DNA of 64,000 nucleotides from Chloroflexota bacterium. Its GTDB lineage: Bacteria > Chloroflexota > UBA11872 > VXOZ01. The position numbers and the translations under genes are program-made. The stretch is taken from assembly GCA_965221905.1 (NCBI GenBank), contig OZ244922.1, positions 1,664,001 to 1,728,000 of the forward strand, written 5' to 3'. The notes beneath the pieces are model-generated. The model saw nothing but the letters and a program-made list of their open reading frames with translations, did no database searches and was not told the origin of the DNA. This document shows, in pieces, positions 59,002 to 64,000 of this stretch. Positions within the stretch are counted from its first letter, which is position 1, and every line of letters begins with the position of its first letter.

Positions 59002-59307
59002 CTAGGTGCCTTCCAATGAAGAGATGAAGTATTGCATAGATGTTCGTGTGGTGCGGTGAAGCCCTTTATGAGAGCTCACTCCTACACATAGGTGCAATTG
59101 TGACGCAAGAGTCGTGCACTAATGCAACATGGCTCGTTGGCTGAGGAGCCCCACTCCAATTAGTGCAGCGTGAGAGGATCGAAGAGAAGCCACAGGAATT
59201 GAAAGTCGTGACTTCGTTGAGGGATGAATCTATATCCAACACGACCGGGGCAAAGGGAGGAATTGCCAGACAGTTCCAATGCATGAATAGAGAGAAAAAA
59301 CAGAAAC

Positions 59308-59889
59308 CTAGTCTATTGATCTATCAAATTCAATAAACTCTCGTATGGCAGCCGGAAATCTTTCAACAAAGTTTGTCGCTTTTCGGTATAGATCAAAAAC
59401 CTCATCAACGGTCTTGCTTAGTTGAAAGTCCGCATAGTTTCCGTGAACCATTTGATTCCTAAGGTTTCCAATTTCTAAGAATGCTTTCACCGATTGATCT
59501 AAGGAAATGTCCTCTCTAACCTTTCCCTCCATGTAACTCTTGAACTCTGGGCCAAATTTCCGATAGAAAGAGTTAGCATTCTGACTGGTTCTGCCTTCAT
59601 TACCCCACTCGAATAGCTGAGCAAAGCGCCTTCCAATTGCCTGTTTCTTAACGAACTGTGCGAGAGCGTCTGCCTCCCGTGTTGTTTCATAGTAAAGTTC
59701 AACTATTGATTGCGATAGTCTCGTTTCGAAGTAACTTGCCGCTGCTATGATGAGTGTCTTGCTGAACGCGTCTTCTATTCTGGACTGTAACCGTAACTGG
59801 CTGCGAGATTGCAGGTAGGCCACCAAGTCCCTATGGTCACTCCACAACTCTTCAATTCGGTTGTTTGTATCCGGTCCTGGTTCTACCAT
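59308..59889 (-). CDS. HEPN-domain predicted ribonuclease
   Basis: Rx4H motif RNQMVH and upstream AASYFE helix; starts 4 bp after the DUF262 stop. Confidence 0.8.
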   Translation of the reverse strand: MVEPGPDTNNRIEELWSDHRDLVAYLQSRSQLRLQSRIEDAFSKTLIIAAASYFETRLSQSIVELYYETTREADALAQFVKKQAIGRRFAQLFEWGNEGRTSQNANSFYRKFGPEFKSYMEGKVREDISLDQSVKAFLEIGNLRNQMVHGNYADFQLSKTVDEVFDLYRKATNFVERFPAAIREFIEFDRSID

Positions 59890-59893
59890 GGAA

Positions 59894-61102
59894 TTATTCC
59901 AGCACCAATATGTCCCGAGCTCGTTCTAGACGCCTCTTCACGTTCGCCATGCTAGTTGTTTGGCTCTGGGTAGCACCTCGAAAAACATCGTCCTCCTTTA
60001 GGGAATTCAGTGATTCAAGGTTTACGCTCCCTTCAACCACGGTTCCTACGCTGTAGGGCTCCCGACAAGCAGCAACAAATACTGATTCAAAAATCATTGG
60101 GCTAAATCGACCTTGGATATTTTGGAAAGCATTTGATGGCAAGTCCTGACAACTTATCAGAAAAGATTCTAGCAACTGCTGCAGTTTACTAAGTTGGCGG
60201 GCATCGAATAATTTTGCTTCTTGAGAGAACTTGTTTAGAAACTTAACCATAGAAGGTCGGTAGGACTCTTCATTGATTAGCATTGCAAATCCACGAAGCA
60301 GAATCTCCACATCTCTCATACGCGTGTCTGGGATCTGTGTACCTACCAGGTTTCGCCACTCTTCTTGGGTGTTGGTTCTGTAAAGCATTTCATAGAAATT
60401 CGAGTCGAATGTACACCTTCGAATTTCCTGGGGCGTCAAGTTAATGCCGCCCGAATTAAGCCGATTGAAAATCTCATACATGGCTTCATCACCGGTCGGC
60501 CCCACCTGTCGTACTATGATGTGTCTTATCGTCCGGAGGTCAAAAGAAGACCGATATTCGTCATCTAAGTTCGAGTAGCTTAGTTTGTGGAACCGGTTTG
60601 GCCGCTCTGGGATGCTCACTGGCAGGCTTAGTCGAAAGTCGACGAAGTACTCGTCATTAGAGAGTTGATCCGCTGGCACTGAGCTTTGGCCTTCCGCGAG
60701 CAAACGGAGTTCTGCTAGCTTTTCCTTCCGAGGAAACCTCTCCTTGGCAAAGTAATAAATCGACATTAGCCTCTGCTGTCCGTCAATTACTAGGAATTCG
60801 TTGCGCCCCTGTTCGTAGAGGAAAATCTGCGGTATAGGGAGCCCAACTATTATGGACTCAATCAGTCTTGATGCCCTATTTATGTCCCAAACGTAGTTGC
60901 GTTGAAATCCGGGAATGACAACAACACCCGAGTCAATGAAGTCCACGAGAGTTTTCGTATTGAAGTCGTTAGGTGAAGAAACTAGATCGTATTGGTCAAT
61001 TGGATACGAGTCGTCGCTTTCATCGCTGCCTACTGCATCCGTCTCGAATTTGTCATTCTCCATACTGTCTACAGTCTCTTGCGTTTCGCGAGGCAGGATC
61101 AT
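59894..61102 (-). CDS. DUF262 (ParB/Srx-like, GmrS-type) domain protein
   Basis: PGFQRNYVW, SRLIESIIVGLPIP, IDGQQRL, IFNRLNSGG motifs. Confidence 0.9.
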   Translation of the reverse strand: MILPRETQETVDSMENDKFETDAVGSDESDDSYPIDQYDLVSSPNDFNTKTLVDFIDSGVVVIPGFQRNYVWDINRASRLIESIIVGLPIPQIFLYEQGRNEFLVIDGQQRLMSIYYFAKERFPRKEKLAELRLLAEGQSSVPADQLSNDEYFVDFRLSLPVSIPERPNRFHKLSYSNLDDEYRSSFDLRTIRHIIVRQVGPTGDEAMYEIFNRLNSGGINLTPQEIRRCTFDSNFYEMLYRTNTQEEWRNLVGTQIPDTRMRDVEILLRGFAMLINEESYRPSMVKFLNKFSQEAKLFDARQLSKLQQLLESFLISCQDLPSNAFQNIQGRFSPMIFESVFVAACREPYSVGTVVEGSVNLESLNSLKEDDVFRGATQSQTTSMANVKRRLERARDILVLE

Positions 61103-61692
61103 CAGTTTGGTCTCCTCAATCTAAAGACCCACTTGCAGTGGCCAAGTTACGCCTTGATTTCCCGACTACAACCAATTCAAACATAACCGATCCACATTCT
61201 TCAATCCATTCCTCGGAAAGCTTGACAACTAAGTAAGCCATGATGCGATCGGCCGAAGCTTTCCAGCTCGAGTCCGCACTTCTATGGGGCTCTTGAACCT
61301 CTGAATGGGCATGCTTTCAGGCCGATTCATGCGCGTATCCGAGACAAGAAGGTAAATTGAAGGACAGGTCCTCTTTTATAGGCGGACGTGTCCTTATTCA
61401 GAGTATTTGTCTTAAAACAAGCCATCTGAAAGTGTCTGACGAATCCGGCCGGTTGTGTCAGCATAGCGTGGAGAGCGAGATTGTGCTGCGGCCTGCCGAG
61501 TCGCTGTCAGAAACCGCTGCCAGCCGAAAGATAGCAATGGGACCCTAGCGCTTCGCAGTTAAGGTCTTTCAAAACCCGGTACATCCCTGTGAATTCCAAC
61601 CACTTGGCAGCTCAATTTGCGGGCCCGGTGTCTCTGGGTTTGTGGCATATGGTCAACTCACCACCTTGCCTGAGATGGAGTATTCATATCCT

Positions 61693-61727
61693 GCCCTAGA
61701 GCGGGGGACAAGCCCCCGCTCTAGGGC
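61693..61727. repeat. Perfect 15-bp hairpin (family E; may act as terminator for the holin gene)
   Basis: GCCCTAGAGCGGGGG-ACAAG-CCCCCGCTCTAGGGC. Confidence 0.6.
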
Positions 61728-61784
61728 TTGTCGGCCGGAATCGAGCGTGCACGCGGCAAGACGACCCTAACCGAGACTAGGTGT

Positions 61785-62054
61785 CTAAAGCAGCTCTTCC
61801 GGCGGGTTCTTGGTCGCTTGGCGGCCGATCTCATACAGGCCGACGGCAGCGCCGCCTGCCAGTATGCCCAGCACTAGACCCGCGTACCAGTCCGCACCGG
61901 TAATGTTTCCGCCAACGCTCCCGGCAATCGCTCCGAGCGTCACCGCGGTGAGTGGGGCGAAGCGTTTGGGCAGCCCTGCCTGCTTGAGGGCGGAAACGAG
62001 AATGCGAACGCCAACAGTAATGCCGCCTAGGCCGGCCAGTTCAACTCCAGTCAT
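61785..62054 (-). CDS. Phage holin-like small membrane protein
   Basis: 89 aa with about three hydrophobic segments; LVSALKQAGLPKRFAP...GAAVGLYE pattern; AGGAG RBS; follows an amidase. Confidence 0.7.
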   Translation of the reverse strand: MTGVELAGLGGITVGVRILVSALKQAGLPKRFAPLTAVTLGAIAGSVGGNITGADWYAGLVLGILAGGAAVGLYEIGRQATKNPPEELL

Positions 62055-62179
62055 GCAGTCTCTCCTGTTTCTTGGATTCGGTTCGTTACAATGTACTCGG
62101 TTTCTCTGGGACGCCGGCGCCGGATGATGATGTGGAACAAAGCGGTCGCGCCGGGAGTAGGATCACGAGAGAACGCTTC

Positions 62180-62968
62180 TCAAATCTTCCCAGCCCACTT
62201 TTCATTGAGAATTCGCAGCCGATCTTCTCTCGTCATGCCGCCGAGATCGTTGGGGTGCCTGGCACCGTTGGCTATGCGAATGGCGTAGGCCAAGTCGGTG
62301 CGATCTGACATCAATTCCCCATACATTTGCTCGAGCATGGCATCCCGCTGTGCGATGAGTTGCTGTTTTTCCAACGCGCACCGAGCATGAATGCCCCGAT
62401 CTAATGGCAAGTGCGCCTGTATTCCATTCGCGATGCCCTGCGCAAAGCGATCGGGATGCCGCTGAAGCTGCAGCGCGTCGCTTTCGTAGTCCAGAAACGC
62501 CAATTCCAGCAGCGCATCGTTGGCAAGCTGTGAAAAGGTGTACCAATTAGTGCGTGTCGCTGAACTACCTACTTTCAGTCCCCGATTCGGCACCAATTCC
62601 ATATCGCAAATGCCCTTTTCCAGCGCTGCGGCAAATGCCCGAGAAGATTCGTCACCATCCTGGTACCAGACCTCGCTGCCCGTTCCGCCACCGGCATTGG
62701 CATGAATACTGATGTAGGCGTCTACCTGCTCCGCCAAGGCCAAGCCGGTGCGCTCGTGAAGCGGCACGTCCACATCCGCTTCGCGGGTCAACAGCACCGT
62801 ATAGCCGAATTCGCGGAGAGCCGCCGCAGCCAACAGCGAAACATTGAGGGTGACGTCCTTTTCTTGCAGCCGCTCATTGGGCTCCATGCCGTCCGGCGGG
62901 TCTGCCAGCGGGACCCCAATCGCACCGGGATCACGCCCGCCATGACCGGGGTCCAAGACAATCTTCAT
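62180..62968 (-). CDS. N-acetylmuramoyl-L-alanine amidase (Amidase_3)
   Basis: IVLDPGHGG, EKDVTL, ISIHANA, LLELAF zinc and catalytic motifs; start at MKIVLD. Confidence 0.9.
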   Translation of the reverse strand: MKIVLDPGHGGRDPGAIGVPLADPPDGMEPNERLQEKDVTLNVSLLAAAALREFGYTVLLTREADVDVPLHERTGLALAEQVDAYISIHANAGGGTGSEVWYQDGDESSRAFAAALEKGICDMELVPNRGLKVGSSATRTNWYTFSQLANDALLELAFLDYESDALQLQRHPDRFAQGIANGIQAHLPLDRGIHARCALEKQQLIAQRDAMLEQMYGELMSDRTDLAYAIRIANGARHPNDLGGMTREDRLRILNEKWAGKI

Positions 62969-63570
62969 TCGGTTTTGGCTCCAGGAGAATTGCAAGTGTA
63001 CCCGCATGTGGGTAGGACGAATCCGGGCTTGGGTCTCATTAGATCCATTGAGGCCGCGTCGTGCCCGGTGCTAGGGATGCGGTGGAGGAGTCCTTGCCGT
63101 ATGCAGTGACCGAAAAGTCTAACTGCAGCATCAGCGAGTACTTTCGCCTCCGCAGGAAAGCCCTGCCGGACTAATGGCGTATTTCGCTCCACATGATTAG
63201 ACATTCACCGACTGCCGCCAAAAGCAAACACACCTGTTGGCGCTGCTAAGTCTCCTACGGAAGGGCCTCACGAACACGCTTTCAGATTGTTAAAGACTAG
63301 ACGGCAAACGCTGGTTGTAGGGCGCAACTCGCGGCTCCGTTCATTGTCTTTCGGTGTCTCCAGCTTCCCAAATCGGTATTCAGGCTTAAGGTCTTGCAAG
63401 CTCTTCAGTGTCATGGCATGCGCGGAACTTGCCGCTTTACGCCACCTTGCCGATCAAAGATCATTAACTTGATATACTAAAATGTCAATAACTAAGTGAG
63501 CACGGAACGTAAACTATTAGGTATACTTAAACTATGAGAACATTAATCTGAATGCTCCCTGGAGGCTGCA

Positions 63571-64000
63571 TTGATTGCATTCATCACTAATCTCGCGCTG
63601 CGCCGTCGCTCAGTTACGGTGCTCGCCGTCATTCTGGTATTGGCAACGGGCATTTTCACTTACAGCAGGTTGCCTGTGGAGCTATTTCCGGAGATCGAAT
63701 TCCCTCTGGTTACGGTCACGACCTTCTATCCTTCGGCCAACCCTGAATCGGTTTCAGAGAACGTAACGATTCCAGTAGAGAATGCAATTGTGGGGATCGA
63801 CGGTCTCGATGTTATCCAATCGATATCCACGGAGAACCAATCCATCATCATTGCCACCTTCGAGTTTGGCACCGATATGGAAGAAGCGGAAAACATCATT
63901 AATTCAAAGGTGTCCGGGCTCCGTTTCCCGGATGGAGTTAATGAGCCCATTGTCGGCCGCATCAACCCGGATTCCTTCCCGGTAATACGGATTAGCATCA
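63571..64000 (+). CDS. RND efflux permease (AcrB/SwrC-like), runs off the window
   Basis: Not in the ORF track. GGAGG RBS plus TTG start gives MIAFITNLALRRRSVTV...LPVELFPEIEFPLVTVTTFYPSANPESV. Confidence 0.88.
   Translation, partial: MIAFITNLALRRRSVTVLAVILVLATGIFTYSRLPVELFPEIEFPLVTVTTFYPSANPESVSENVTIPVENAIVGIDGLDVIQSISTENQSIIIATFEFGTDMEEAENIINSKVSGLRFPDGVNEPIVGRINPDSFPVIRISI

Noticed and set aside
59066-59284. Cys-containing 72-aa ORF as a RiPP precursor for the ABC exporters
   Set aside because: No RBS, no leader/core pattern, and no modifying enzymes in the window.
61117-61242. 41-codon minus-strand ORF (MAYLVVKLSEEW...) ending at the DUF262 RBS
   Set aside because: No RBS or recognisable domain; cannot be supported as a third component without homologues.
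61140-63540. Prophage
   Set aside because: Only the amidase and holin-like genes are present; no integrase, capsid, terminase, tail genes or att repeats were seen.

Overview
GC-rich bacterial chromosome segment. The host may be Chloroflexota-like; this is an inference from the Tat-lipoprotein solute-binding protein, PhyH-HEAT fusion, HAS-barrel HerA and repeat content. From left to right it holds: orphan hydrolases; a minus-strand TCA block (sucCD, a ceramidase-like hydrolase, korAB, a type-E succinate dehydrogenase with an HdrB-like anchor, mdh); a 1164-aa SIR2 protein resembling Dsr1; a lone HerA ATPase; a PLP histidine-decarboxylase-family gene coupled to an ACT protein; a defence island (Type IIG-like REase-MTase, DUF2188, fused ATPase-TOPRIM, split ATPase + DUF3226, Phd-VapC); an imuB-dnaE2-SRAP mutagenesis cassette; amidohydrolases with an orphan binding protein; six ABC exporter genes; a DUF262 + HEPN pair; an orphan amidase-holin pair; and the start of an RND pump. 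No rRNA, tRNA, CRISPR array, integrase or transposase was recognised. The most unusual signal is a family of 18-bp, quasi-palindromic, in-frame repeats built from GNA-triloop mini-hairpins with compensatory A/T swaps. They sit at three sites in dnaE2 and one in korA, and REP-like palindromes are also inserted in frame in herA. All family assignments come from motif recognition by eye; no database search was run.
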